Positions 39,103 through 51,763 of a DNA stretch of 64,000 nt are shown piece after piece. The notes below the pieces were generated by a model that was not told the origin of the DNA, made no database searches, and was given only the letters and a program-made list of their open reading frames with translations. The stretch's first letter is position 1. Every line of letters begins with the position of its first letter. This DNA is from Octopus sinensis (Eukaryota). The stretch spans positions 59,706,001-59,770,000 of the forward strand of contig NC_043000.1 of NCBI RefSeq assembly GCF_006345805.1, given 5' to 3'. A program made the translations under genes and the position numbers.

Positions 39103-40672
39103 ATATATATATACATATACAGAGAGGTGGGGAGAGAAGACAGACTTCAATATTATCTCTTTATCAAGATCTTATATCACTTAACATTAATCTTAAAAGA
39201 TATATTTTGTTAAAAGATATACTTTTTATATTTTTAAACATACAATTTAAAGAAAAGTGAAGTAACAAAAAACATTTTTTCATGATCATTTAAATATTCT
39301 TTACTTCTCAACACAATCTTTAACAATTTAAGAGGACCTGTTTGATTTTATTTTCTTATTCTAATTCCATTTTTCAACTTTTTTTTTATTATGCTTTTTT
39401 TCCATATGCATCCACCAGTCCTTAAGATACAAGTCATTGAAGATTTGTTTTTATGTGGAATTACTTTCATATTGATTATTTTTCATGTCTTTAGATTACT
39501 AATAGCTACATTATTTTAGCATATCTTTAGAAATGCAAGCAGTTGATGTAATATGAATATTGCTGATACAGTCACACACTCATTGTGTATACACTCTCAT
39601 TGTATACATTGAGTATATGGATCACCTGCTTTAGTTATGTGCTTTATCATTGGGAAAGTCTTATAATCTTTCACATCATATACAGTCTGTATGATTCCTA
39701 ATAATCTATTATCCTAGATAATAATATATTTATGAAAATTCTCTTAAGGATTTGAACTTCAGCTTTCAATCTTCCTTCATATATTCATTATTAATCAATA
39801 ATTAAAACAAAAGTTTTATGGTTGGATTTCCTTACAATTACTTCCCAGTTATGAACTGTGACCAGTATATATTCTCTCCAGGCATAGAGATTAAGACAAA
39901 GAAGTGTAATGTAAAATATCTATTATGTATTTGGGATAATTTAAACTAAAGAGTTATGTATGTGCAGGACACTTTAACACCTGAATGTTATAAATGAATT
40001 AGAATAGGATAAATACATATTACCATTGTAAAGTGCAATGTCTAAAGCAAAAAACTTGTTTTTGTTTCACAAGATGTTTTTCTTTCGGTAGTTTAATAAT
40101 ACACCAGAGACAATGAAATATAAATAAAATATATGCTAAAACAAAACAACTTATTATTTTTATACTATATCTACACTCTTTAAAACTGGAGCATCATTTT
40201 TTTAGTAGATTCTTAGGTTGTTTAAAGCTTATATCAATAAGAAATAGAATATCTTTAAATCATCATACAGTAATAATAATGTCAAACCATTGTAAAGAAA
40301 ATTACATATTAGCTTGATCAAAAGACCCAGAAAGACAAAGCAAATTCTCTATGTAAGTGTATACATATACATTCACAAACATTTTCATAAATATTGAGGA
40401 TTTTGAAGCTAAAAATCTATTCAAATACAATTATTTTCACAAACTGTTAGAGCAAGCCAGGGCAAAAAAATTAATAAAAAATAAAAGTAATAAATATTAT
40501 TTAAACTGTAGGGTGTCCCCAATAGTACATAATAGCTTACTTGAATATTTAAGTTACAATTTATAAAGCAATTTTTACAGAGAACTTGTTTTAAACATGC
40601 ATTCTTCTTAGAATCTGGGGAGTTTTTAAAAATTTATTTTAAGTGAGCTAATGTGGGAAGAGTCTCATATAC

Positions 40673-40744
40673 CTTATAATCGTCATACAGTAACATCCAT
40701 GCTTCTAGGTTAGATTCATCCGGGAAATCCTCGGATATACCCAT
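40673..40744 (-). CDS. Candidate first coding segment MGISEDFPDESNLEAWMLLYDDYK (exon 40673-40778), unidentified protein
   Basis: Acceptor catttttag at 40779; in-frame upstream stop; strong context acaATGg; 24 codons then AAG/gtatat (phase 0); CpGs retained. Confidence 0.45.
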
Positions 40745-41506
40745 TGTAAATGCTTCATGGTTCCATGAATATTATACACTAAAAATGGATCACAAAGTAA
40801 CAAGCATGTTGGCAATGCAAGTTAAAAAGCTGTATGTGCCCAGTAACAACATCTAAATGTATATTCACAGGCTATGGACACTTGACCCTGAGTTAACAAG
40901 TGACCAGTAAGAAGGTTTACAGAGAATAGCAAATATAAATTGTTACAAAAAAAAAAGAAAATAAGAACCCACTTGATAAACAACACTAAACAAATGAGTG
41001 TCAGTCAGACAAGAGGCAGCTTTAAGTAAAGTTGTCCTTTTTAAGGAGGTAACATTTACTTTTACCAAGAGAAGAAAAGCTGTTAAGAATGGTTTTCTTT
41101 ATTCAAGTACCACAAATGGTTTCAGTTATAATAGTCACGCCCAAAGTTTGGACAAAGCTAGGGGAATTTTCTCAGATTTATCTATTAGATATCACTCCAA
41201 AGAACACAAAACAAATGCCTGTGATCATTACTGATAACTATGAGATTAAAAAAAAAAAAGAATTATTAAGTTTAAGTTCAAGTAACTGATAGTCAATACA
41301 AGTTTATTATGACAAACATAGCATACAACACAGCTTAAGCAATGTGAATGTGTGTAAGTATATACACATATCTGATACACACATTTGTGCTTTTTACTGT
41401 AACTGATGTTTGGAGTCTGCAGCTGATAGAGAGAGACAATTTCACATTTGTCTCCCATTTCAAAATTCAAATCCTATTTTGAATAAATTTTACCTTTCAT
41501 TCTTAC

Positions 41507-41680
41507 CAAGAAGTCAGTCAGTTATTTTACTATATAGAAGTGTACAATCATATCTAATGCAACTATTTTACTCAGTCATGCACAGTCCTCCAAGAACAAC
41601 TGATTCAGTGTCCGTAGCAGATAAAGTGTAACAATGCAGAAATGCATGCATTATATGACATCATTCATAGACCAATGCTG
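41507..41680 (-). other. Candidate 5' UTR exon upstream of the 40673-40778 exon
   Basis: Minus donor TTG/gtaaga at 41507 in unique sequence; 5' boundary unknown. Confidence 0.25.
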
Positions 41681-42227
41681 TGTTTCCACATATTATTTAT
41701 GATAATTTTCTCCTGAGACTATTTCCACAGTGAAAGGTCTTCTCATGTCTGAATGTGAAAGAATGTGTTAATTATAATTGTACATTCAATGCTGCAGTGT
41801 GCAACTCTAGTTGGTTGACCAAGCTTTGTGTATTTGTTTGTTGTTTTTATACATAAGAATAACCAATCTTAGAGGGCTATGAATGATGACTGATTTGGTG
41901 TGTATTAAATGCATGCATCCTAAGGTCTGGTGATGTCATTCAGAGCCTAATGATGTGTCTTCACACATATCATCATAGAGAAGAATTTTTTCTAGAGACT
42001 ATTTCTGCAGCAAAAGGTTTTTCCAAGTCCAAGTGCACACAGATATGTTGAATATAATTGTACACACCTATATTTCATTCAAAGTTGCTTTATGCACCTC
42101 AAATTAATTATGCTACTGTGTATCAGATCAAGACATAAGATGAAAACATAAATGTTTTGAGTTGTTTTCCAGATTTTAATTATCCCATAAACAGACAAAA
42201 TTGCATGTTTAATGAGTTTCAAAATTT

Positions 42228-42630
42228 CTTGTGGCTGTGTGGTAAGTAGCTTCCTTACCAACCACATTGTTCCAGGTTCAGTCCCACTGCGTGGCACCTT
42301 GGGCAAATGTCTTCTGCTATAGCCTCAGGCCGACCAAAGCCTTGTGAGTGGATTTGGTAGACAGAAACTGAAAGAAGCCCATCGTATATATGTGTATGTA
42401 TGTATGTATGTGTGTGTGTATATGTTTGTGTGTCTGTGTTTGTCCCCCCAACATCGCTTGACAACCGATGCTAGTGTGTTTACGTCCCCGTAACTTAGCA
42501 TTTCAGCAAAAAAAGACTGATAGAATAAGTACTAGGCTTACAAAGAATAAGTCCTGGGGTCGATTTGCTCGACTAAAGGCAGTGCTCTAGCATGGTCACA
42601 GTCAAAATGACTGAAACAAGTAAAAGAGTA
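42228..42630 (+). mobile_element. CORE-type tRNA SINE, best-preserved copy, with internal microsatellite
   Basis: A-box tggctgtgtgg, B-box ggttcagtccc, CORE-like ccttgggcaa, tail gaaacaagtaaaagagta. Confidence 0.92.
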
Positions 42631-43894
42631 ATATATAAAATTGTACCCAATAAAGAAATAAATGCCATTATGTTTGTGCCATTAGTTTTGCAGCTATTAA
42701 GCTACAGTTTTCAACCAGCAGAAATCATGATTCATATTCACCTCATTTGTTATGGCACTTATGACTATGGTTTGTATCTATGACATTTCAAGTTATAACT
42801 AACAAACGGTAACAGATTTATGTTACATTTCTATGAAAACAACAACAAAAAAAATAATTTAAATGAGCACAAGGCCTCAAATAAATAAAGAAGATCAGGT
42901 CAGCCATGTATGTTCGCATGCAGCAATTTTAATTGGAAAGCTCTGCTAAGCAAACACACACTATCACAACAATGATGAAGTCTAAATGAATAATACAATA
43001 ATATGAGAAACAATCAGCTGAACAAACTGCTTTCATCTGTGTCTATATCCATTGGCTTTTGACCAAGTGTGAATGTTTACCTTGAAGACCACCATTCTTA
43101 CATGTCAATGTGGCAGCATCTATGTGGTCACTTGACTTGCTAGAAATAGTAGTAAAATCTCACTGAAATTACACCTTATGCTTTTGAAAACGATATGTTA
43201 TATAATGTAGTCTTATACACCCAATATCTGAAAACAAGACAAAGGTCACACCTGAAATACCTACAATCATATTTCTACCTGATTGGGACTGACCTGTAAC
43301 TATACAACAATAATAGCTTTTTTGTCTGTGTATATGTGGGTATGTACTTTTATTGTTTTGAAACAAAGTGCTCCTTGCATAGCTAGTGTTACTAATATTT
43401 TCAAAAAGTTAAACTATGTCTCACCATTTAAAACTCTGTTTAGATGTTGATCATTTTCTTTTAAAAATGTACATGAAATCATGACAGTCATAGTAGCAAT
43501 GGGTATAAATAGATTAAGTAATTCCAATTAAAAAAAAAAATGTCTTCTTAATATGTGTCATTTATATAAAAGCAAATTATCAGAACATAAAAACAGTTAC
43601 AATTACAATTTTATTCATATAAAGAGTATGACTGTTTTACAAACAATTGGTTTAACATAGAGGTTAAATAAAATCTATTAACAGTTTGGTGTATGGGCTT
43701 GCAAAGTTTTGGTCTTTAAGGAAAAGATCCAAATCACATTTTTGTAAAGAGTTTTAAGTTAAAATCAACTGTGAGTTTTGAAGACTTATTATAAATAATA
43801 TTGTTTAAATTCTGAGGGTGAGATTTGGCAGGGATTTTTAAGCTACAAGACTACAACTGACTTTTTTTTAAAAATCTAATCATCAGAAGGGACA

Positions 43895-44140
43895 GGTGCC
43901 CGTATAAGTTTTGCAGGCTTTCCTAATGAGATGGGTGCAACTGATGCACCCAGTATCTAGCCTGAACTTTCACAGATAAAACATTGGCAGAGTGATGGTC
44001 CATATCCTGCTATATTCTATGGCCCCAAACACACAGTTCTTGCACCAAGCAATAAATAGGAGCCACAATCAAATACAATTCACTGCTACACAGAGTGAGA
44101 GTAATGGGTAATGCAGAACACTGGCCAAATTGTGAAAAGG
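43895..44140 (+). pseudogene. PIF/Harbinger (HARBI1-like) DDE transposase remnant
   Basis: FAGFPNEMGATDAPSI resembles GFPNVIGAIDGTHI; SDGPYP resembles GDSGYP; IKYNSLLHRVRVM resembles YN..H..RV.VE. Confidence 0.5.
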
Positions 44141-44739
44141 ACATAAGCCCTTTAGCATTCAGATTACTCTGTCAAATGCAATACTTATTTATTCACATTA
44201 TTGTGAATTATTCATACATTATCTCATAGTTTCATGATTTTCATTTTGTGATTGCTTATTTTTCAGGACACCATAGGGTAGATGTGAGAGGCTGGCTAGT
44301 TTCATGTATATTTTGTGTATAACATTCAGTACAACACCCCTTAACTTTACTCAAGTTCATGCCATTAGAGTTATTTAGCTTAACTCAAGCTAATTTTAGT
44401 TGTTAACTGATTGGCTATTATTAATGAGCCAAAAATACCATACACATGACTCCAGCCTATCTATAATAACCATCATCTATCTATACGTTAGTAATATTGC
44501 TACGTTTTATACAAACAAGAAATCTTGCTAGAACCAGTTGGACAGTGGACAAAATGTATGGTTCTATTTAATTATGTTGCTTTACATTCAAAGTCTGTAG
44601 GAATTGACTAAACCTTTCTCTGTTCTGAGATCAATAAAATAAACATGTCAAGTACTAGAGAGCAATTTAATTGACTACAACATGAGTAGTTATGTACTTA
44701 CATAAAATCTTTATTATTATTAGGCATGTTAATAATAAT

Positions 44740-45100
44740 CATCATCATCAACATTTAATGTGTTTTCCATGCTGGCATGGGCTGGATAGCTTGACAGGAA
44801 CTGGCAAGACTAGGGGCAGCACCAGGTTCCATAGTCTGTTTCGGCTCGGTTTCTATGGCTGGATGCCCTTCTTAATGCCAACCACTCCACAGAGTGCTTT
44901 TTACATGGCACCAGTACCCACACCAATGTCTCTTATGTGGTACCTTGGATTTAGGATCGCAATTCTGTTGTAGTGGTCATGTATTCTCAAGTACAGCAAT
45001 GCACCACATATCTCGATCCTCTGTCATCTCCTTCATTAGGTTCAGAATTTTGAGATTGGCTCATATTCTCCTGGGTCACCCTCTTCCACAACTTCCCTCC
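44740..45100 (-). mobile_element. RTE-related element 3' fragment
   Basis: catcatcatcaacatttaatg..ttttccatgctggcatggg...ggctggatgcccttcttaatgccaacc. Confidence 0.75.
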
Positions 45101-45204
45101 TCTTTAAATAATTCCAGTATGTTATGGTCCTTAACATTTTGAGTTCAAACCTTGCCAAGGTCAATGTTGCTTTAATCTTTCCAGAGTCAATTAAAATAAA
45201 GTTT

Positions 45205-46755
45205 CAAAATTAACACAGAAAAGTAGGTGGGCTTGCAACTTGGCACCTGGAGAGGCAAGTCCATGCTGTCCAACAGTATCGTGGTACATTGGACAGACAG
45301 TCCGGTTAAACTGCTTGGGGTCTGGTTTGGTCTGGATTACCAGGTGGAGAAAAACTGGGATGAGGTGATGAACAGGGTAGCCAATCTCACCCAGAATGGG
45401 CTGTGAGGAAGCTGTCCCTGAAAGGTCAAGCCAAGGTGGCAAATGCATACATTGCAGCCATCAATATTACCACTTGACCATTGTCCCTTGCTACAATTGC
45501 TGGTTGACCAAATCACTTACTCTTCCACTTTCTGTGGAAGGGATAGGTTCCACTGATCAGGTGCTCCATCAGCTGTCAACAGCTGCTGAATGGAGGCCTT
45601 GGCATGCTGTGGTTGCTGATGTGCAGACATGCACTCAGGCTATGGCATCTCAAGCATTTCCTGGATGGTGATAAGGTGTGTTCGCCATTTGTCAGACTCA
45701 CCTTTCCACAGCTTGTCTCTTTGACTGAGCTGCAATCTTGGATCAAGCATAGATGGAGAAAGGATGCTTGGCACCTCGAGTGTCATCAAGTGCTCACAGC
45801 TCTCTGCCAGGCAGGCAATGTTGTTGGTAGTAGTTCCATTCTAGCGTTCTATAGAGGGCTAGTGAGGGGAAAGTGTGACAACGTTTTCGGGGCAACTCTG
45901 GGTATTGATGAGGATCAACTAACAGGTCTGTTTCGGAGAACTTTCAGGCCTAGGCATATGGATAACTTCCAGAAATCCCTCACTTGGCAGTGCTACCAAG
46001 GGGTGCTGCCCATTCAGGATAAACTATACAGACACGGAAGTGCTGTCAGCCAGACCTGCCTGAGGTGTGCTGAGAGTGATGAAACTGTTCTGCACATACT
46101 CGTCCAGTGCCCAAACATTGCTGACCAGTGAGTTAATGGCGAATAGCTGCTGTCGCTTGTAGTATGGATCTGGCTATCAGGTGAATCCATAGTGAAGATT
46201 GCCCCACTGGCCTCCTTTAACCAGGAGGGGTAGGCAATTTTCATTTGTCTGGTGGCTGTAGAGAAAGAAGTAGTATGCTGGATCTCTTTGAAAGAGCTTA
46301 AGTCAAACACTTTCCTCTTTGGCCAAAGTCTCATCAACTTTTTCAAGTTCCACTTGAATAGGAAAGTGAGGGTAGAGAGGGAAGTGTTGTCTTCTAGCAA
46401 ATTTGTTGAAAGGTGGGTGGATGTCAGAAAAATGGCCAGTATGGATGGATCAATTCTGAGAATACACTTGTAAACAAAAAGTATAAAAGGAGAAGGGCTC
46501 TTGCCCTGTTGATCAGGCACAGTAGCTTTTATGGGTTTTTCCACAAGTAACCTTTAAAGCATCCCCCACCCCGAATTGGGATTTTCTTTTACTTGTTGAA
46601 TTGTTTTATGGTTATCAAATGTTTACCCAAATGGTTTTCTTTTTTTTTCTTTTGCAAAACCCTTTGTATATTGTCTTGTGTTGTTCTTTAATGTTTTGAT
46701 TTATATTAGCCCTGTAGCATATAAAAGAATGAATTATTATTATTATTATTGTTGT
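45205..46755 (+). mobile_element. Tx1/L1-clade LINE 3' fragment (RT C-terminus plus zf-RVT) with (ATT)n tail
   Basis: PVKLLGVWFG...EKNW; WQCYQGVLPIQDKLYRHG....CLRC...DETVLHILVQC (CCHC zf-RVT); T-rich 3' UTR, then ataaaa..(att)n. Confidence 0.9.
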
Positions 46756-47814
46756 TGTTGTTATTTTATTATTATTATTATAGTTTTGGTTGGAGTACCA
46801 GTGATAAATCTAATGGCTATTTTGACTAGTTGCTGTAGAGAGGTAAATCTTCAAGGGACAGGGTTTGTGACAAATTAATGCCTTAAGAAAGTGTCAATTC
46901 ACTGGGCACCATGAAAACAGAACAATACTCTATCACATAAAGATAATTTCTAATAAACTAACAGTGGTGACAGTAGTGAATTAAAAGACCCTGCTTTTTG
47001 CTCACCTCCCTGAAAGTTAAATATAACAAACCCCATTACCAACCATATTAAATGACATAGAGGTATAATGGATACATTGTTTCTATTCTTTGACTGGTTT
47101 CAGAGATTGGACTGCAGCCATGTTGGAGTACCCTCTTCAATACATGGAGAGGATGAATGAGACAATAGATACATTGTTTACCAATATAAAATAATAATAT
47201 CATGGGGAATGACAGTGAAAATGATTATAAATTCTCCATAAATTAGCAACCTAAACCTGTTATGGAAGTTAAGTGGTAATCAATTCTAATTTCTGTTTTA
47301 TACACTTCATGAATTAATGAAATTGTGCAATGAATTATTGAAACAGCGCAAAATGTGTGTGTGTGGGTGTATAAATGTATGGGAAAGCAGTGCAGCTAAG
47401 AATGCATCATAGAATGATTACGGAGACAGGTCACTATTAGTACAGTCTCATTGTGCTTTGATTATGTTTACCAGACCATTTAAACATCAATTGCTATATG
47501 ATTTATGATTGTAATAATCCATTTAAGATGTCAGCATGAAAAGGAATACTATTGTGGAGGCTGGAAGAGTGGATGCTTTGTAGTTAGTTATTCACTTGTG
47601 AAAGACTAAAATTACACATTTCAAAAAGAAAAACAAAAGAAAACAAACCCATAACAGAATTATTTTTATACATGGCATTCGGAAGGGTATCCTGCTGTAA
47701 AAGCCATGCCAAAACAGTCAGTGGAGCTTGGTGCAATCCTCTGATTTGTCAGCTCCTATCAAGCCCTCCAACCTCTGTCAGCATACAGACATTAAATGAT
47801 GAGGATGATGGTAA

Positions 47815-48080
47815 AAGTCAAGGCTGTGTAGTTAAGAAACTCTCTTTGCAACCAAGTGTTTTCAAGTTCAATTCAACTGTATAACACTCTGCGCAAGTGT
47901 CTTCTACTATAACCCCAGGTCAACCAATGCTTTGTGAGTGAATCTGGAGGACAGATACACACACAGACACACATGCATATTTGTGTTGTCCTCTGCCACT
48001 AATTCTCAATGGATGTTCATCTGGTTATGTTCCCATAACATACCAGTTTAGCAAAAGAAACCAATAGATTAAGTATCAGA
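47815..48080 (+). mobile_element. CORE-type SINE, degenerate, adjacent to an RTE-related 3' piece (47670-47810)
   Basis: ggctgtgtagttaag...gcaagtgtcttctactata...ttgtgagtgaat. Confidence 0.7.
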
Positions 48081-48889
48081 CCTTCATCTAATAGTAATAA
48101 GGTTGAACCTTTTTATTTCACTCAAAGACTTCTGTCTAAAACAAAGGCTTTAGATAGAATCGCACACTGTAATAAGAGAAGAAAGAATGGGCTTAACAGT
48201 ACTAGTAGCTTTGGACCTTTGGACTTTTGATCATTCAAGCTAGTGAAGAAGCCTCAACACATTCACATGACCTACTAAAAAAAGCAGTAATATAACTTTC
48301 AAATCAAACTCTATCAGTTTAACAAAAAAAAAAAGAGAAAATATTGGATCATATGAAATAAAAGGTGGATGGTCCTGTATACTCTTAGTAACAAATCTAT
48401 CCAACTACAGTTATCCTGGAAATAAGCACATCAACAATAAGAACAATGGCTTCATCAACAGTAAATGCAACATTTTTAGTGGCATTTTCAGTGATCTCCA
48501 TTGATTGACAGAGTTAAACAACAATCAATAATTTAGCTTCAGTTGTGGTTTATTGAAGGAAATGTAATAACTACTGAATCAATAGGATAGTAGACATACA
48601 CCAAAGAAATTGATATTACGTATTGTGTCACTGGTGCTGTGTTATGTTTGTGACCAAGACAAGCAATGGTCCTGTCCATTTGGATGTTAGCAATTACACA
48701 GGTGATATAATTCACATCTGTATGTAGCAGCAGTATTTTGTAAGCTTGAAGTGCTGAGTTTAATTTCTACAGAAGGTAAAACTATCTATGACAGCGAAAA
48801 ATTCTAGATAGAGTATGTAATCTGTAATTTCAAATTTGACAGCAAACAGCCATACGTGTGTGTGTGTGTGTGTGTGTGTGTGCTAGTTA

Positions 48890-49034
48890 AACAAACTGAT
48901 CCCAGTAATTATTTTTTAAAGTCTGGTACTTGCTGTATTCGACACTTTTGCCAAATCATTAAGTAACAAGGACATAAACAAACCAAAACTGGTTGTCAAG
49001 CAATGGTGAGGAACAAACACAAAGACATACACAG

Positions 49035-49088
<54 letters not shown>

Positions 49089-49230
49089 GCTTACAGTTTC
49101 CATCTACCATGTTCACTCACAAGGCTTTGGTCAACCTATAACAAAATATTTGCCCAAGGTACCACATAGTGAGTCTGAACCCAGAACCATGTGGTTCGGA
49201 AGCTGACTTCTTAACACACTATCATGCCGG
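48890..49230 (-). mobile_element. CORE-type SINE with internal (CA)n
   Basis: Reverse complement of the 42228 family (cagtttccatctacc..cactcacaaggctttggtc..ttgcccaaggt..ctgaacccagaaccatgtgg). Confidence 0.82.
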
Positions 49231-50155
49231 GGAAACTACTGATTTCAAGAAGAATGATATATGCAAAATAGATTTCAAACAGAAATGAAGCTTTATTGAT
49301 GTCAACACATTGACTTTAAAAGGGTGCTGATAAATAAACATTATCCAGTTATCGACATTTGAGTTCAACTCCTGCAAAAGTTGACAATACCTTTCATCCT
49401 TCCTAGATCATTAATATAGACTCTTTTCATTTTTCTTTTAATATCTAAGTATAATGCTAACCCTTAATTTTGACTTTGATGTTATTTATAATTTAATTTC
49501 TAGCATTTTACATGAATAAACACAATAGGTATTTGAAAGATAGACCATATCTAATAAACTAATTTGTTAAATCTTTCAATGAAGTGGCTTTTTGTCTGCT
49601 ATAGGTACAACCAATCATAAATGAATTCGAGTTAATCTAACTGTTGAGTTCACAAAAAGAGGCAAGAAACTATAACAACGACGAAACAGTTTAACACAGG
49701 TGATCAGGTGTGAAATAATAGAAGCTATCAAATATAAGTAGAGGTGTGTGAATTCCCATGCAACAAATGAAAACAGTGAATTAATGATTGGAATGACATA
49801 TAACTATCAATGAATACTAAATAAATCATTATGGTAACAAAACATTACTAAACAAAAAGCAACGTTGACTTGGGAAAAGTTTTCTTCAGAGACTATTTTT
49901 AGTTAATATCTACACAAATATCTTTGAAAATATATGTGTAATTAAACCAGAAAAGGCTTCCTCTACTACTTCACTAGTAAAAAGAAATGAAGAAGTTGAG
50001 AGTTGCTTCACTGTATCTTTAGAACTTTGCAAGTTGTTCAAACTAAGGACAGGACCTATATATGTTTCCTTGACCTACTAAAATAGAATTTCCCTAAAAT
50101 TATAGCCTAATATGTTTAACAAAGGTAAACACACAGGATAATGTAGTCATATATA

Positions 50156-50530
50156 TATATAAGAATTTTTTGTGTAATAAGATAAAAAAAACCAAGGCTG
50201 TATAGATATTAGACCATTTATAGATAGAAGGTCTTACAGCTGTTCCTAAGATATTAATTAATAATATCCCTTCATCAGAGATGGTGGGTATTATTAATTA
50301 ATATCCTAGAAACAGCTGTAAGACCTTTTATCAATAAATGCTCTAATATTTATACAGCCTTGGTTTTTTATCTTATAACGCAAAAAATTCTTATATACAC
50401 ACGCTGACATAGAACCAACATTAAACTCTTTATTCATAATATTACTGAATCTGGAACTTAACTATGGTCTGTCTATAGCACTTATTCAGCATTACCTTAC
50501 ACCTTTGGGTCTCAATGACACCATTATCTC
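50156..50530. mobile_element. Penelope-like element relic with inverted terminal duplication and minimal hammerhead motif
   Basis: Arms 50156-50266 and 50289-50397; CTGATGA on minus at 50272-78; GAAACAGCTGTA on plus at 50309-20. Confidence 0.7.
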
Positions 50531-50543
50531 TTATGTGTGTGTG

Positions 50544-50851
50544 TGTAAAGGTAAGATCCAAGGATTCAGGTGTCGGAAGTTAGTAAGCTTCAAGCAGTCT
50601 GTAGAAGGAGTAACAAACAACTTTCTGGAACAGTAGTGATTTATTGATGTAGGAGGTTATAAAGTTTTCCGATATCGAAGTGCAATGAGCTGAAAAAAGC
50701 TATTTTATAGTTCACAGTTAGCAACTGGAGCTGCTATGTAAGCAAATAAAAATCCAAATTCAGGGAATGGAGTAAGTAAAATCCAGGCTACATACATTTC
50801 CTAGCTAGCAGTATATATAGTAGGTAGTGAGTAGCGAATTTCTTCACTACT
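50544..50851 (-). mobile_element. Possible solo LTR
   Basis: Minus strand reads (a)GTAGTG...TATAAAA (50703-09)...AATAAA (50640-45)...ACA end at 50544; no TSD seen. Confidence 0.35.
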
Positions 50852-51225
50852 TCAGGGAGTAACGATCCTGCTTGACACGAGTCCCGGGCTCAGCTGGCTC
50901 TGGCTGACAGTACCTGGCATGGGCCCCTACCCAGGGTTACGGAAAGGAGACAACCTTCAAAGAAATCCAGCATGGAACGCCATAGGCAGCTTAGTGTTTG
51001 ACTCGACATTCTTCTGGCAGCTCCTGCAATCAAGCTGGTGGCAAATGTAATGCTCTGCACTCCGTTGGACTATGTCAGCAAGGTCAAGAGAGGAATCCTG
51101 ATGATTGGGCTACCCAGGATTTTCTTACATCTAGCCCAAGCCTGTACAAAACTGGAGAGGACATTTCAGTGCTAATGCGCAACTCCATTATCTCCCGAGA
51201 TAAAAGGATGCCAACAACAACATCA
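50852..51225 (+). mobile_element. RTE-like bipartite non-autonomous retroposon with (CAA)n tail
   Basis: GC-rich, CpG-retaining 5' UTR-like sequence ending gccaacaacaaca. Confidence 0.5.
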
Positions 51226-51252
51226 TATATGTATATATATATATATATATAT

Positions 51253-51763
51253 AATGTCTGTACACACTGTTATGCACAGGTATGCTATCCCTGGCTCTAC
51301 CTTGGTGCCTTTGTTATCAAAATACCTTGATTCTATTGGATCCTGAAAATTTGATAATATTATGCCTACCTTGGGAAACGACCCTCTTTCCCATCACTTA
51401 TGGTATTTTAAATCTCATATATGATGGAAAAAATTAGGCTGAAAACAGCTGTAGTGAACCTCAGTGCATCTGTGTTATTATCTATACTACACCACACTCA
51501 GAACCTTCCCTGCATTGGATCTTGAGTCTATAGTGGACCATGGATTGCCTGCCAGAGTATACTCCTGTGTGGCTGTTACATATACATTGTGTATTTGGTC
51601 TATACTTGTGAATGTATGTACAACTGGAAGGATAAATCTGTATTTGATTTAGTAAGTATGTGAATGTCTGTACACACTGTTAGTGCATAGGTATGGTATC
51701 CCCGACTCTATTTTGGTGCCTTTGTTATTTAAATACCTCAATTCTATTGGCTCCTGAAAATTT
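51253..51763 (+). mobile_element. Penelope-like relic bounded by ~100-bp direct repeats
   Basis: 51253-51352 and 51663-51763 are closely similar; internal GAAAACAGCTGTA at 51441; flanked by TA-rich microsatellites. Confidence 0.6.
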
